Virus record (IMG/VR): IMGVR_UViG_2864804954_000001
Coordinates: 46,193 to 110,192 of that record
Source of the DNA: a virus
Lineage: Duplodnaviria > Heunggongvirae > Uroviricota > Caudoviricetes
DNA length: 64,000 nucleotides
Reading direction: 5' to 3' (one strand)
Under the pieces are notes generated by a model. It had not been told where the DNA came from. It worked only from the letters and a program-made list of their open reading frames with translations, and did no database searches. The translations under genes were made by a program, and so were the position numbers. The stretch's first letter is position 1, and each line of letters begins with the position of its first letter. Shown in pieces: positions 35,935 to 45,441 of this stretch.

Positions 35935-35991
35935 CGTCTGACTCCGAGGGAGCGGCTTGCTCCCTATATGTTAGTGAGGTTAGAGGTAGTT

Positions 35992-36867
35992 TTAGTAAAA
36001 TTTGGATTCAATTAACTTACGATGCTGTACCCAACCCGAGAAGTTTCCGTGTTGATGCGGGTTGCGGTACTGTTTGCCAGTCATAAGTTTGGTGAACCAA
36101 TTGGCTTGAACGTCAGGTGTTGCCTGATGCTCAAATGGCGATGCGTGCAACGGGCGCGCACCTACGAGTTGCTCGCAGAGAGCCAAGTCTTTTTGTACGT
36201 CTGGCGCTTGACCGTCATGGCGCAAGTAGGACACACGACAACAACGAGCTGCCGACACCTGCAACAAAAGGTCGGTTGGATAGAGTTCACGTTCTTCATC
36301 CGTAATGTATGGAAGATGCCATTCACCAGGCTGCAGGAGCAACGGTAGGCTGTGGTCCATACATTCGCGCATCGCAATGGCTAATTCGCGAATTTCAGGC
36401 TGTGCATCTTCGTGATCGCGCAATTCAAACCAGTTGCCGTATTCAGTGGCAGTCAACACCACCGAGATATATTGAAATGGTTCAAGAATGCGGTTAGCGA
36501 CTTGCTTGTGCAGGCCAATTCCTACCATCTGCTCCGCAATGTCTGCTGCCATATCTGCTGCAAGTTTCCACTGCTCGATTGCTTCGTCACGTAAGGTTGG
36601 CTCAAGCTCAACTTTGGCTTGCATACCTGATTGGTTTTTACCCCAATGACAAGGCATAGCAGGCTCGTTGCGTACTTGCTCCAACATGCGAACCACTGGA
36701 ATTGCGCGAGAGGATGAAGCGTTGCGGCTAAATACACGGTGCGTCATCAACTCACTGTGAATGAAGCGCGGATAACGCAGTTGGAACGTGGTAATGCGCT
36801 GACCTGATGGACTGATCGAGTCTGCAAGAATAGTTGCTTCAACTTTAAACGTCATGATTATTCCCAC
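35992..36867 (-). CDS. thyX: flavin-dependent thymidylate synthase ThyX (291 aa)
   Basis: ThyX motif RHRVFSRNASSSRAIP and second RHxxxS-type repeat. Confidence 0.75.
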   Translation of the reverse strand: MGIIMTFKVEATILADSISPSGQRITTFQLRYPRFIHSELMTHRVFSRNASSSRAIPVVRMLEQVRNEPAMPCHWGKNQSGMQAKVELEPTLRDEAIEQWKLAADMAADIAEQMVGIGLHKQVANRILEPFQYISVVLTATEYGNWFELRDHEDAQPEIRELAIAMRECMDHSLPLLLQPGEWHLPYITDEERELYPTDLLLQVSAARCCRVSYLRHDGQAPDVQKDLALCEQLVGARPLHASPFEHQATPDVQANWFTKLMTGKQYRNPHQHGNFSGWVQHRKLIESKFY

Positions 36868-37874
36868 TCCAACGCGCCAGTTTGGTACGCGTCCACTTTT
36901 GTTTCAAAGAAGTTCTTTTCCACACCGTTAGGCGCAGAGAAGCGCTCAACCCACTCGTAAGGGTTGGTGACGTTGCCGTAAGGCAAGAATGGCGCGTCGA
37001 TGTAATCGGCACGTTTGTTGCCCAATGTTTTGATGTAGTTTTCAAGCATGTCGTCGGTAGCACCAAAGACACCGCCACTGAAAATGTATTTCGCCCATGA
37101 AACTTCCAACTGAACTGATTCATGGAAGATTTGATAAGCGTCACGCCAAAACGCATCGTCGAACACTTCAGGATTTTCAATACGCATGGTGTTAAGCATG
37201 TGCATGAATAGAGTTAAGTGGTTTTGCTCCTCATCACGCTGGATGAAGCGAATCATGTCGGCAGAACCGAGCATCTTTCCTTGACGCGCCAATAGGTAGA
37301 ACACCAAGAAGCCCGAGAAGAAGTACACGCCTTCAAGTAGAATGTTTGACACCAATGCCAACGCGAAGCCACGCGCCGTAAATTCTTCAGCACCAAGCAC
37401 CTTGGATTGTTCAAGAATGAACTCATTCTTTTTCGCCAAAATCCCGTCACGCTCGAAGGTCATGTAAATGCTCATCGGGTCAAGGGAGATGGCTTCAATC
37501 ATTTGCGAGTAAGAGTCAACGTGTAACGCTTCCTCGAATGCTTGACGCGACAGACACATTTCAACTTCTGGAGAAGTGACATGCGCTGCAATATTCATGT
37601 TGATGTTGTGAAATTGGATACCATCCAAGTTCGACAAGAAAGCGAGAGCTTTGTCGTAGGCATTGCGCTCTGCTTCTGTGAGATTTTCGCGATAGCAGAT
37701 TACATCGTCCGCTAAGTTGACCTCGCCAGGCGTCCAAGTGTTTGCAAGCATCAGCTTCCAAACGTCACGCGCCCACTTGTGTTTCATAGGCGAGATCGCC
37801 ATGAGGTCATCGCGTGGGCCAAGGATTAAACGTCGGTCGTTTACTCGCTTGGCATAATTAGTTTGTTTGTCCAT
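36858..37874 (-). CDS. nrdB: ribonucleotide reductase small subunit NrdB (338 aa)
   Basis: Di-iron ligand helices (EALHVDSY, EEQNHLTLF, LLEGVYFFSGF). Start set at MDKQTNY with RBS AAAGGA. The ORF-track extension to 37949 crosses a terminator hairpin. Confidence 0.75.
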   Translation of the reverse strand: MDKQTNYAKRVNDRRLILGPRDDLMAISPMKHKWARDVWKLMLANTWTPGEVNLADDVICYRENLTEAERNAYDKALAFLSNLDGIQFHNINMNIAAHVTSPEVEMCLSRQAFEEALHVDSYSQMIEAISLDPMSIYMTFERDGILAKKNEFILEQSKVLGAEEFTARGFALALVSNILLEGVYFFSGFLVFYLLARQGKMLGSADMIRFIQRDEEQNHLTLFMHMLNTMRIENPEVFDDAFWRDAYQIFHESVQLEVSWAKYIFSGGVFGATDDMLENYIKTLGNKRADYIDAPFLPYGNVTNPYEWVERFSAPNGVEKNFFETKVDAYQTGALEWE

Positions 37875-37894
37875 AAAATCCTTTTCCTTAGAAC

Positions 37895-37932
37895 AATAAA
37901 AAAGTGGTGGAGCGTTCGTTCTCCCCACCACT
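37895..37932 (-). terminator. strong hairpin plus U6 in the nrdB leader (terminator/attenuator)
   Basis: Minus: GUGGUGGGG-agaacgaacg-CUCCACCAC then UUUUUUAUU, 20 nt upstream of the nrdB ATG. Confidence 0.55.
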
Positions 37933-37952
37933 TCCTCGTTCTCTCTCACAGT

Positions 37953-37976
37953 ATAGTCACCGCTGACTTACTTTTA
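37953..37976. promoter_or_regulatory. palindromic element PAL upstream of nrdB leader hairpin
   Basis: TATAGTCACCGCTGACTTACTTTT. Confidence 0.5.
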
Positions 37977-38115
37977 AGGAAGGACTTTAACTGTTTGGAC
38001 GATTTGTAGCCATGTTGAAAGATTGGATTAATAAATGAGCGACTTGATTTTTATTATTACGTGTTCTATATTTACTTGGAGAGCTAAAGCAGCTGTCACT
38101 GCTCTAGCCATGTTC

Positions 38116-38211
38116 TTAGTACGCTGATTGAGAAATCAACAACACCAAGAGCATGATAACGATGATCATTAGGGTGCGCATCGTCAATCCTCCAAGTTCA
38201 ATGGGTAACAT
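38116..38211 (-). CDS. possible small hydrophobic peptide (31 aa)
   Basis: MLPIELGGLTMRTLMIIVIMLLVLLISQSAY. Below the ORF-track cutoff. Confidence 0.2.
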   Translation of the reverse strand: MLPIELGGLTMRTLMIIVIMLLVLLISQSAY

Positions 38212-38281
38212 CTAGCTGTTACGTGCCACCGAACGCCGAATTGCGTTCGGCATAAGCATGATACAGTAAAAACAAAGGCTT

Positions 38282-38674
38282 CTATTTAGAAGCCTTTGTT
38301 TTGTCTAAAGATTGCCGATACTTTCTTCGTGGTCGCATCTTCACCTGGCGCGTATGCAAGTAAGCATAAGGCGGGGTATTTTTGCTATTCACTTTCAAGC
38401 TGTCATTCAAGCCGCTTGCTACCCAATCCACAAATTTTCGATTACTTACACGTAGGCGGGGTTCTTCATTTTTAATGATTGCAATCTGCCCAACTAAAAG
38501 TCCCAACAAGTGATTGACCGACCTTGTAACTGCGAATGATCGATTGTATTTAGCCCACTGAGCCACAATTATTGAATCCGTCATTTCGAGCTTTGGTTTG
38601 CTGCAGGCGACTCTTATCGCGTTAAACACCAAGCGAAGGCGGGCTTTGATTTCCTTTTTAATCTTTTTGATCAT
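38282..38674 (-). CDS. hypothetical basic protein (130 aa)
   Basis: ORF preceded by TATAAT-AGCAACTCGAAACGAC promoter/leader. Confidence 0.4.
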   Translation of the reverse strand: MIKKIKKEIKARLRLVFNAIRVACSKPKLEMTDSIIVAQWAKYNRSFAVTRSVNHLLGLLVGQIAIIKNEEPRLRVSNRKFVDWVASGLNDSLKVNSKNTPPYAYLHTRQVKMRPRRKYRQSLDKTKASK

Positions 38675-38776
38675 TTCTTGCCCCGACGTAGAGCGTCCTG
38701 AACTTCTTGTGGTAGGTTTTTAAATTCGTCGTTGGTTAAGATCATGTCTTGATTCCTTTTCAGTTAAGCGTTAGTC

Positions 38777-38800
38777 GTTTCGAGTTGCTATTATATCAAA
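38777..38800 (-). promoter_or_regulatory. promoter/leader, TCGAAAC family
   Basis: Minus: GATATAATAGCAACTCGAAACGACTAACG. -10 TATAAT. Confidence 0.45.
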
Positions 38801-39371
38801 CTAAGTCACGGGTGACTTTTAAAGTTTTGGACGAATGTGCAATTATTTTCAAATGTCCAAATAAGTGATTCACAACCAAACCGATCTCAGATAGAGAATA
38901 TTCGTCCAAGTCTTTCTCAAGGCGCGTGCCTTCTCCGATCATGTTGACCAACTTCAGCCCTGCTTCATCATTGTCGCCAATTGCAAACAGGCGGTAGGGT
39001 AGCGCTTTAAACCATGAGCGCATCTGTTTTGGATTGTTGCACAGGACAGCAATGGCATTGTGACCCAAGCGATGTAAGGCTGCCGCCTTAAAGATTCCCT
39101 CCACTACAAAACAAACGGGCTTTGATGGATTGAGCAATTCAAGCCCCCATACTGCCACCTGACCATCTGTTCGATAAGTATAGTAACGCGCTTCATCTTT
39201 GAAGTTGATGCGCTTGTTATCGCTGTTAGGGTTGTACTGCTGATAACCAGTGAACTGACCTGACAAGTTGTTCAAATACACCGTAAGGAGCTGATTTTCG
39301 TCATCTAGCACAATATTGTGATAGAGATTAGGATCGAAATGTCTTTCGATTAGGTGTTGGCGCAAGTTCAT
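38796..39371 (-). CDS. Toprim-domain protein, primase-like (191 aa)
   Basis: CFVVEGIFKAAAL ... LFAIGDNDEAGLK: Toprim Glu plus DxD. Confidence 0.45.
   Translation of the reverse strand: MNLRQHLIERHFDPNLYHNIVLDDENQLLTVYLNNLSGQFTGYQQYNPNSDNKRINFKDEARYYTYRTDGQVAVWGLELLNPSKPVCFVVEGIFKAAALHRLGHNAIAVLCNNPKQMRSWFKALPYRLFAIGDNDEAGLKLVNMIGEGTRLEKDLDEYSLSEIGLVVNHLFGHLKIIAHSSKTLKVTRDLV
38801..38820. promoter_or_regulatory. palindromic element PAL
   Basis: CTAAGTCACGGGTGACTTTT overlapping the stop of the Toprim gene. Directly upstream of TATAAT. Confidence 0.45.
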
Positions 39372-39508
39372 TGTTTAGGCTCACATTTGTAAATCTTGTC
39401 CACGTAGTAAAATCCACCAACGCGCTCACATTCTTTTCCTATGGTCCACACAGAAGCATCCCAAAAGAAAATCCCACCAACGACAATGCCGAGAAAGAAA
39501 TGTTTCAT
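39368..39508 (-). CDS. possible small membrane peptide (46 aa)
   Basis: MKHFFLGIVVGGIFFW... with ATGA overlaps to both neighbours. Not in the ORF track (<60 aa). Confidence 0.3.
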   Translation of the reverse strand: MKHFFLGIVVGGIFFWDASVWTIGKECERVGGFYYVDKIYKCEPKQ

Positions 39509-40014
39509 GCTGCGTTCCGTAATGTGTATGTGCGATCGGTTAAATGTTTAGGCTTCTTGTAGCGCTCGTTGTAGCAAGGCTTGCATAGTGACTCCAATCG
39601 AGTCTCGCTCTTTCGACTACGGCCATAAAAGAACTCTTTGGTTGCCGGGTGATAGTCGTCGCACCCTTTGCAATACTTGTGGCGCTCACCGTCAATAAAT
39701 TCATACAGCGGCTTTTTGCGCGTTCTGTCCTGTCTTGCTGAGAAGCGGTAAAAGTGATGAATCGCAGAGTGATGGACGCAAATTACCTCCTCACCTTTGA
39801 AAATGCCGAAGCCGTATGAGACATGCCAATCCTGATGCAGCATGAGTCCACCTTTCTTCTGCAAGGCGTAACCAAGTGATTTAGCAAGTGTGTAGTAATC
39901 TTCAAGATCAATTACATCCTTTACGCGCTGAAGTTCTACAAGTCGCTCTGTGGTGTCATAGGCTTCTACTTCTTCTGCGGTCGCCTGTACGCATGTTGTA
40001 ATAAGTTCGATCAC
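39505..40014 (-). CDS. Cys/His-rich protein, possible HNH-type nuclease (169 aa)
   Basis: HHSAIHHF and CKGCDDYHP ... CKPCYNERY zinc-ribbon-like pairs. Confidence 0.4.
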   Translation of the reverse strand: MIELITTCVQATAEEVEAYDTTERLVELQRVKDVIDLEDYYTLAKSLGYALQKKGGLMLHQDWHVSYGFGIFKGEEVICVHHSAIHHFYRFSARQDRTRKKPLYEFIDGERHKYCKGCDDYHPATKEFFYGRSRKSETRLESLCKPCYNERYKKPKHLTDRTYTLRNAA

Positions 40015-40901
40015 GCTAAACGCCCCAATTCTTTTAATTTTCTATTCTTGGCTTTCTCCCGATCACTTTCCGCTTGCGACCGACATGGCTTGCACTTTGA
40101 AACAGGCTTACCATTGCGCATAGTCCAGTATTGTGCAGTCATAGGAAAATACTTTTTACATTCAAAACAACATTGACTTTGTGAGCCATCTTCGTTGGTG
40201 ACAATCTTCTCAAGACCTAACTTTTTCTCGAATCTCCTTATGACCACATTTGCTCTGCTCTCTAGCTTTGACACTACTTTCAGGTTGGAAATATCAACGT
40301 TCCCACTGTCGCCATCAATAAAGCAAACCTCACTATTGTCATCTACAGGGGAAATGAACGCATTTGCAACAATGCGAGACAAAGTCCTATTTTCTTGATT
40401 GGAATCTCTACGAAGATTAATCATGAAGTTGATGGATTTGTTAAACTTCCTGTTTGTTTCACTCAGATGAGGAGGTACAAGATACTCTTGCCTGATGTAC
40501 TCAATGCCTCCAGCGTTTCTTCTAGCTTTAAGTCGCTTTACCCTGCTGAAGTTTGAAACCATGTACTCGTCGAAGCCCTCAATTTTTCTCCAAACTTCAC
40601 CTTCAATGTTTTCAATTGGCGGGAACTTGTCTGGATAGACAGCTTGCATCAAGGCGTTTATGGCGACAATTGCAGGCTTCTCACGACCGCGACAAAGTGA
40701 CACTTTGTTCAGGGAGTCAATTTTGTTTCCATGTCTGTTCTTGCCGCCAACAGCTTTCAACTGTTTCCCTCTCACGTATCTACGAACGGCATTTGACATA
40801 ACGATCTCTCGCGGCAGTGAGAATACAGCGCCATCTTCACGCAATTCGTAAAGCCCCTCAAAACCAGGAACTTTGCGACGTTCCAATTTAATTTCGCTCA
40901 T
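40011..40901 (-). CDS. NUMOD4/HNH_3-type homing endonuclease (296 aa)
   Basis: N-terminal PGFEGLYELREDGAVFS (NUMOD4 signature). C-terminal CCFECKKYF...CKPCR zinc finger. Located between nrdB and nrdA. Confidence 0.6.
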   Translation of the reverse strand: MSEIKLERRKVPGFEGLYELREDGAVFSLPREIVMSNAVRRYVRGKQLKAVGGKNRHGNKIDSLNKVSLCRGREKPAIVAINALMQAVYPDKFPPIENIEGEVWRKIEGFDEYMVSNFSRVKRLKARRNAGGIEYIRQEYLVPPHLSETNRKFNKSINFMINLRRDSNQENRTLSRIVANAFISPVDDNSEVCFIDGDSGNVDISNLKVVSKLESRANVVIRRFEKKLGLEKIVTNEDGSQSQCCFECKKYFPMTAQYWTMRNGKPVSKCKPCRSQAESDREKAKNRKLKELGRLA

Positions 40902-41104
40902 GCTAAACGCTCCAACAATTGCTCATAAGAAATGTTGCCCAGCGAGTTCACCGCTTGGCGTACCGTAAAACCGTCGCCATTTAAGCGTCTCGCGAACGTA
41001 GAGCGATTTGCTCCACATAGCTTCGCGATTGCATAGGCGGTAAGAGAATGCGCTCCTACGTCAAATAAGCGCGGTTTTAGAGGGGGTTGCGATTCACGAA
41101 TCAT
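40898..41104 (-). CDS. small HTH protein (68 aa)
   Basis: LTAYAIAKLCGANRSTFARRLNG helix-turn-helix. Confidence 0.4.
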   Translation of the reverse strand: MIRESQPPLKPRLFDVGAHSLTAYAIAKLCGANRSTFARRLNGDGFTVRQAVNSLGNISYEQLLERLA

Positions 41105-41460
41105 GCTCGGTTCTCCAACATAGAGATTAGGTCGCTAACTGTGTACTTCGAGCCAACCATTCTTAGGGTGCGCTCAAGTGAAAATTTCTGCACACGTAAG
41201 CGATAATCAACACGACGGTTGGTTACGCCTATTAGTTTTGCTATTTGTCCAGAGGTAAGCTTGTGAGAGCCAACTGCAAATCTAGCAACAGGCGTTGTGC
41301 GGTTGCTTTCTTTGAGATACTGAACCGCCTCATCAACGGTCATATTCTTTTTAGTAACCAAGTTAAAAAGGGTTGAAAGGTTTGTTTCCGCAAGTAGAGC
41401 GAGGTAATACAAAGAGCCAGTGTGACCATTCCAGCTGTGAATATGTTTTGATGTAGCCAT
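41101..41460 (-). CDS. HTH protein (119 aa)
   Basis: LTSGQIAKLIGVTNRRVDYRLR helix-turn-helix. Confidence 0.4.
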   Translation of the reverse strand: MATSKHIHSWNGHTGSLYYLALLAETNLSTLFNLVTKKNMTVDEAVQYLKESNRTTPVARFAVGSHKLTSGQIAKLIGVTNRRVDYRLRVQKFSLERTLRMVGSKYTVSDLISMLENRA

Positions 41461-41499
41461 AAAAAAATAACGCTATCTGTTTCGAGATAGCGTCATTTT
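41461..41499 (-). terminator. hairpin with UCGAAAC loop, A/T flanked
   Basis: ACGCTATC-tgtttcga-GATAGCGT flanked by AAAAAAA and CATTTTAT. Confidence 0.45.
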
Positions 41500-41520
41500 A
41501 TGAAGTTGATCTAGGCTTGT

Positions 41521-41542
41521 AAAGTCACGGGTGACTTACTTC
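41521..41542. promoter_or_regulatory. palindromic element PAL
   Basis: AAAGTCACGGGTGACTTACTTC between nrdA stop and the HTH gene. Confidence 0.45.
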
Positions 41543-41696
41543 AACTTTTTACCCTTGCGTAAGAAGCAACAGCCCATGCACTTCGGTTGAAGTGTTACCC
41601 CATCACGTTTCAAGTAAAAGAACTTGTCATTGGCAGGGTAGTAGGTATCACAGCACTTGCAGAGCTTGCGTCCGTCAACATACAAAGCCTTAGCTG

Positions 41697-44036
41697 TCAT
41701 TGGCAGCTCTCACAATCAGGGTTGTCGATTGAACACATATTCAACTCCTGATTCATGATGTCGGTGTTCGGCGAAGTGGTCGCAACTGGCTGTGTTTTCA
41801 CCACTTTGCTTGCTTCCTGCGATTCGTTGCGTAAGTAGTAAGTTGTTTTCAAGCATAGTACCCATGCAAGTGTGTACCAACCTGCCAACTGACTACCTTT
41901 GACGCCACGTTTAGCGAACAGGTTGGTTGACTGTGATTGATCAATCCACTTCTGACGAACAGCGGCAGCGCGGATAATCCAAGTTTGATCAATGTCATAC
42001 GCAGACTTCACTAAATGCGCAGCAGGATAAGCCAATGAAGGGTCAATCCAGTCGAACGGTCCACTGAGGTTAGACTTCACACATTCAAGCTCGTATGGTG
42101 GCTCGATACATGCAGTCGTACCAAGAATGTTGGAGATCGTTGCGGTCGGTGCAATCGCCATTACGTTTGAGTTGCGCATACCCTGACGCTTCACTTTTTC
42201 ACGGAGCGCATCCCAATCTAAGCGAGTTTCTGGAGCAGTCTGCCATTCGTGTTTAGGGCGAGACTTCAACAGTTCCGCATAGGTATCAATTGGCATGATG
42301 CCCTTAGACCAGTCAGAACCTTTAAATGATGGGTACGCGCCACGTTCTGCAGCCAAGTCGCTTGATGCTTCAATCGCGAAGTAAGCAATTTTTTCAAACA
42401 AGACATCCTGTTCAAGCAATGCCGCTTCTGAATCAAAAGCAATGCCACGCTGAATGAGGTATTCAGCCAAGCCCATCACACCGAGACCAACAGGGCGGTG
42501 ACGTTGGTTAGATGCTTTGGCGCGTGATGACGGATAGAAGTTAATGTCGATCACGTTGTCCAACATGCGCACACCAGTACGGATAATCCGACGTAGGTGT
42601 TCGTCATTCTTCACCATGCTAAGGTTGATTGAGCCTAAGTTGCACACCGCTGTTTCGTCATCAGACGTGTTTAGGGTGATTTCGGTACAAAGGTTCGAGC
42701 TGTGAACAACCCCTGCGTGGCGCTGCGGAGAACGCAAATTACATGCGTCTTTGAATGTCACCCAAGGGTGGCCAGTCTCAAACAGTGAGGTGATGATCTT
42801 CTTCCACACTTGCATGATTGGCATTTGATGACGGTATTTGCCTTCACGCTCCAACTGCTCATAGCGATCTTCAAACTCTTTGCCGTAGAGTTCGTGCAAT
42901 TCAGGGTATTCGTTTGGTGAGAAGAACGACCACATTGCATCAGGCGTTTCGATCACGCGACGCATAAACAAGTCACACGTCCATGCTGCAGGGAAGATGT
43001 CATGCGCACGGAGACGTTCGTCACCTGAGTTCTTCTTCAATTCGCAGAATGCCCAAAAGTCGGGGTGCCAAGTTTCCATGTAAGGTGCGAATGAGCCTTT
43101 ACGTTTACCGCCCTGATTCACCGCAACAGCTGTATCGTTGTAAACCTTCAAGTAAGGCACTGTGCCGCTTGATTTACCTTGTGTGCCGCGAATGATGTCA
43201 CCTGACGAACGTACACGCGTCCAGTCTGTACCAATACCACCAGCGTATTTAGATAAACGCGCACATTCTTCGATTGTTCCATAGATCGACGCATAGCGGT
43301 TTTCATCATCTTCCGATGATAATCTGTCTGCCATTGTATTCAGGTAGCAAGACGAAAGCTGTTGGTGTAGACCCGCTGAGTTGAATAGCGTCGGTGTCGA
43401 AGCCAAGTAGTCGTGATAACTAAACTGCAAATAGAACTCAATGGCTTTGTTTGTGCGATCTTCGGGCTTTTCGCCGAGCGCAAGACCCATTGCCACACGC
43501 ATGAAGAAGTGTTGTGGCGCTTCAATGATTTTGCCTGACTCTTTCACACCCACTTCCAAGCGTGAGCGTACAAAGTAGCGGTCAGTCAGAATGGTGATGC
43601 CGAGGTATTCAAACAGAAGATCGTTCGCAGGGACGATAACCGCATCTAGCGCCTCAAGGTCGAAGTGTTCAAGTAATTCAGGAGTAAGAACCTGATCTGC
43701 AACACCACGTTCAATGTAGGTGCGTAACGGCGCATAGCCGAAACCTGTGTGACCCAATTCAGCATTTACTTTGCTGTAGATGTCCAGTAACGCAAGGCGT
43801 GCAGCCGCTTTGCTTGCATCCATGCAGCTACGCTTAATAAGTTTGGCCGCAGACTGCACCAATGAAAGCTGAATTTCAGAAGTAGGCATATTCGGTCGAA
43901 TCAACATTACCGTGCCATCTTTGATAATGTTCGGGTCAACGTCTAAGCCTTGAGTTGCCCAATCGACTGCTTTGTCGATCTTGCTTGCGTCAAAGGGTTG
44001 GGTTGTTCCGTCGCGTTTTACAACCATCGTGGTCAT
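41697..44036 (-). CDS. nrdA: ribonucleotide reductase large subunit NrdA, class Ia (779 aa)
   Basis: ATP-cone at the N-terminus (VVKRDGTTQPFDASKI). Catalytic NLCTEI, C-terminal CESC pair. Confidence 0.85.
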   Translation of the reverse strand: MTTMVVKRDGTTQPFDASKIDKAVDWATQGLDVDPNIIKDGTVMLIRPNMPTSEIQLSLVQSAAKLIKRSCMDASKAAARLALLDIYSKVNAELGHTGFGYAPLRTYIERGVADQVLTPELLEHFDLEALDAVIVPANDLLFEYLGITILTDRYFVRSRLEVGVKESGKIIEAPQHFFMRVAMGLALGEKPEDRTNKAIEFYLQFSYHDYLASTPTLFNSAGLHQQLSSCYLNTMADRLSSEDDENRYASIYGTIEECARLSKYAGGIGTDWTRVRSSGDIIRGTQGKSSGTVPYLKVYNDTAVAVNQGGKRKGSFAPYMETWHPDFWAFCELKKNSGDERLRAHDIFPAAWTCDLFMRRVIETPDAMWSFFSPNEYPELHELYGKEFEDRYEQLEREGKYRHQMPIMQVWKKIITSLFETGHPWVTFKDACNLRSPQRHAGVVHSSNLCTEITLNTSDDETAVCNLGSINLSMVKNDEHLRRIIRTGVRMLDNVIDINFYPSSRAKASNQRHRPVGLGVMGLAEYLIQRGIAFDSEAALLEQDVLFEKIAYFAIEASSDLAAERGAYPSFKGSDWSKGIMPIDTYAELLKSRPKHEWQTAPETRLDWDALREKVKRQGMRNSNVMAIAPTATISNILGTTACIEPPYELECVKSNLSGPFDWIDPSLAYPAAHLVKSAYDIDQTWIIRAAAVRQKWIDQSQSTNLFAKRGVKGSQLAGWYTLAWVLCLKTTYYLRNESQEASKVVKTQPVATTSPNTDIMNQELNMCSIDNPDCESCQ

Positions 44037-44064
44037 ATATTCTGTCCTTAGTTTTTGGGGTGGC

Positions 44065-44090
44065 TATAGTAAGTCACCTATGACTTACTA
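44065..44090. promoter_or_regulatory. palindromic element PAL upstream of nrdA
   Basis: TATAGTAAGTCACCTATGACTTACTA, 30 nt upstream of the nrdA ATG. Confidence 0.45.
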
Positions 44091-44103
44091 TAAAGAGTTT
44101 TTT

Positions 44104-44562
44104 TTAAGTCCAGTCAAAACCTTGTGGTGGTTTGGTGACTGGCGTTGCTGTGAGCGGCTCAGGCTCGGATTTAGGTTCAGAAGTGAATGTCTTTGCATAG
44201 TCTGAAACTTCCCCTGTTGTGAAGAAGTCTTCCTTGCGGTAGTGGCCAACAAATTCGCCCAGCTTATCCAAGAGGTCACGCGTAGAGGGTTCGCTGCGCG
44301 CTCCGCCTGCTACATGCTTCATGTGACGCGCACGTAAAGATGAAAGGTCAATACCAGTGCCGCCTGGCGTAGATGCTGCAATCAGTCTTTCTTTGGCAAT
44401 CTTGCTCACATAATCTTGCGCCCACTTGTGCGATGCCTCATCGGCAAGTTGCGCTCTGAGCATTTCTTCCGCGCTAAATGCAGGAAACTTAACTTCGTAA
44501 GTAGGCTTTTTGCCGCTGTTAAACCAGTCAGTTAAAGCTTTGCTATCAATCGCCATCACCAA
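44104..44562 (-). CDS. hypothetical protein (152 aa)
   Basis: ORF in ATGA-type overlap. Ends ...PPQGFDWT. Confidence 0.45.
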   Translation of the reverse strand: MVMAIDSKALTDWFNSGKKPTYEVKFPAFSAEEMLRAQLADEASHKWAQDYVSKIAKERLIAASTPGGTGIDLSSLRARHMKHVAGGARSEPSTRDLLDKLGEFVGHYRKEDFFTTGEVSDYAKTFTSEPKSEPEPLTATPVTKPPQGFDWT

Positions 44563-45380
44563 GCCACCTGTCCGTATCGTTCCGAGATCATTTCTGGCGA
44601 CTGCTGATTTAAGAGAATTTCGAGTGAATCTTCAATGTCGGCTTTTTCTTTGGCTGCTGCCAGTGCAAGCTCTACCTCGCGCTTCTGTTTGGCAATGAGT
44701 TCGCGCTCTCTTTGTAGTTCCATTTCTTTTTGTGCGTCTTTGGCTTTCTTGCGCATACGTTCCTCTCTTTCTTCGCTTTCCTTTCTCATTCGTTCTGCTT
44801 CGGACAATCCATTCACACGGATAGTGCCCCTCTGTTCACGCTTAGGGGTTGATGATGCAATTGAGATTCGCTTTTCGGAGATGCATGACTCCGCTGTGAT
44901 CATTCCAAAATGATCTACTGCACTTGAAACGTAACCCCTGTTGACTGATTCCACTTCAACATCAAGGTTGATGTAGAGTTCATTTTGGCGTTCTAGCTTT
45001 TCTGCATTTTCTACGAACTCCTCACGCGCTTGATCGCAACCGCCACGATTACAGCGGAGCGAAATGCCGAATTTATGCTTACGGTTAAGGTTGTCTTGAT
45101 AGCTGCTTGATTCACACATGCGGTTGGAACAGCCAATGCACGTCGTAGGAAAGCCGCCGCTCATGTGCAACTGCTTTCCAATTTCGTGCTTGAAGACATC
45201 TCCAATGGTCTGCATGGTTTGGTCATACATACGAGAAACGCTGATGTTACGCGAATCAAGGTAATGTTTTGCATCCATTGGGTCGATGAGCATCACCGCC
45301 TGGATCAAATCGCCATTCAAAAATCTGACAGTGTTAAGTTGGGATTCTGCGGGTGAAAAACCAGTCACTTTATTGTCCAT
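44556..45380 (-). CDS. hypothetical protein (274 aa) with C-terminal ...ERYGQVAW
   Basis: Cys cluster CIGCSNRMCESS...CNRGGCDQ, charged coiled-coil, then the shared C-terminal tail. Confidence 0.45.
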   Translation of the reverse strand: MDNKVTGFSPAESQLNTVRFLNGDLIQAVMLIDPMDAKHYLDSRNISVSRMYDQTMQTIGDVFKHEIGKQLHMSGGFPTTCIGCSNRMCESSSYQDNLNRKHKFGISLRCNRGGCDQAREEFVENAEKLERQNELYINLDVEVESVNRGYVSSAVDHFGMITAESCISEKRISIASSTPKREQRGTIRVNGLSEAERMRKESEEREERMRKKAKDAQKEMELQRERELIAKQKREVELALAAAKEKADIEDSLEILLNQQSPEMISERYGQVAW

Positions 45381-45408
45381 AAAAAAAGGCTAGAAAATAT
45401 CTAGCCTA
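45381..45408 (-). terminator. intrinsic terminator
   Basis: Minus: AGGCTAG-atattt-TCTAGCC then TTTTTTT. Confidence 0.5.
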
Positions 45409-45410
45409 AT

Positions 45411-45433
45411 TATAGTCACCGCTGACTTACTTT
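45411..45433. promoter_or_regulatory. palindromic element PAL
   Basis: TATAGTCACCGCTGACTTACTTT upstream of gene 44556-45380. Confidence 0.5.
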
Positions 45434-45441
45434 CTACCTAA

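Noticed and set aside
36858-37949. nrdB start at 37949 as given by the ORF track
   Set aside because: That reading frame runs through a strong terminator hairpin and a PAL element. An internal Met at 37874 has a good RBS (AAAGGA) and gives a normal-length NrdB.
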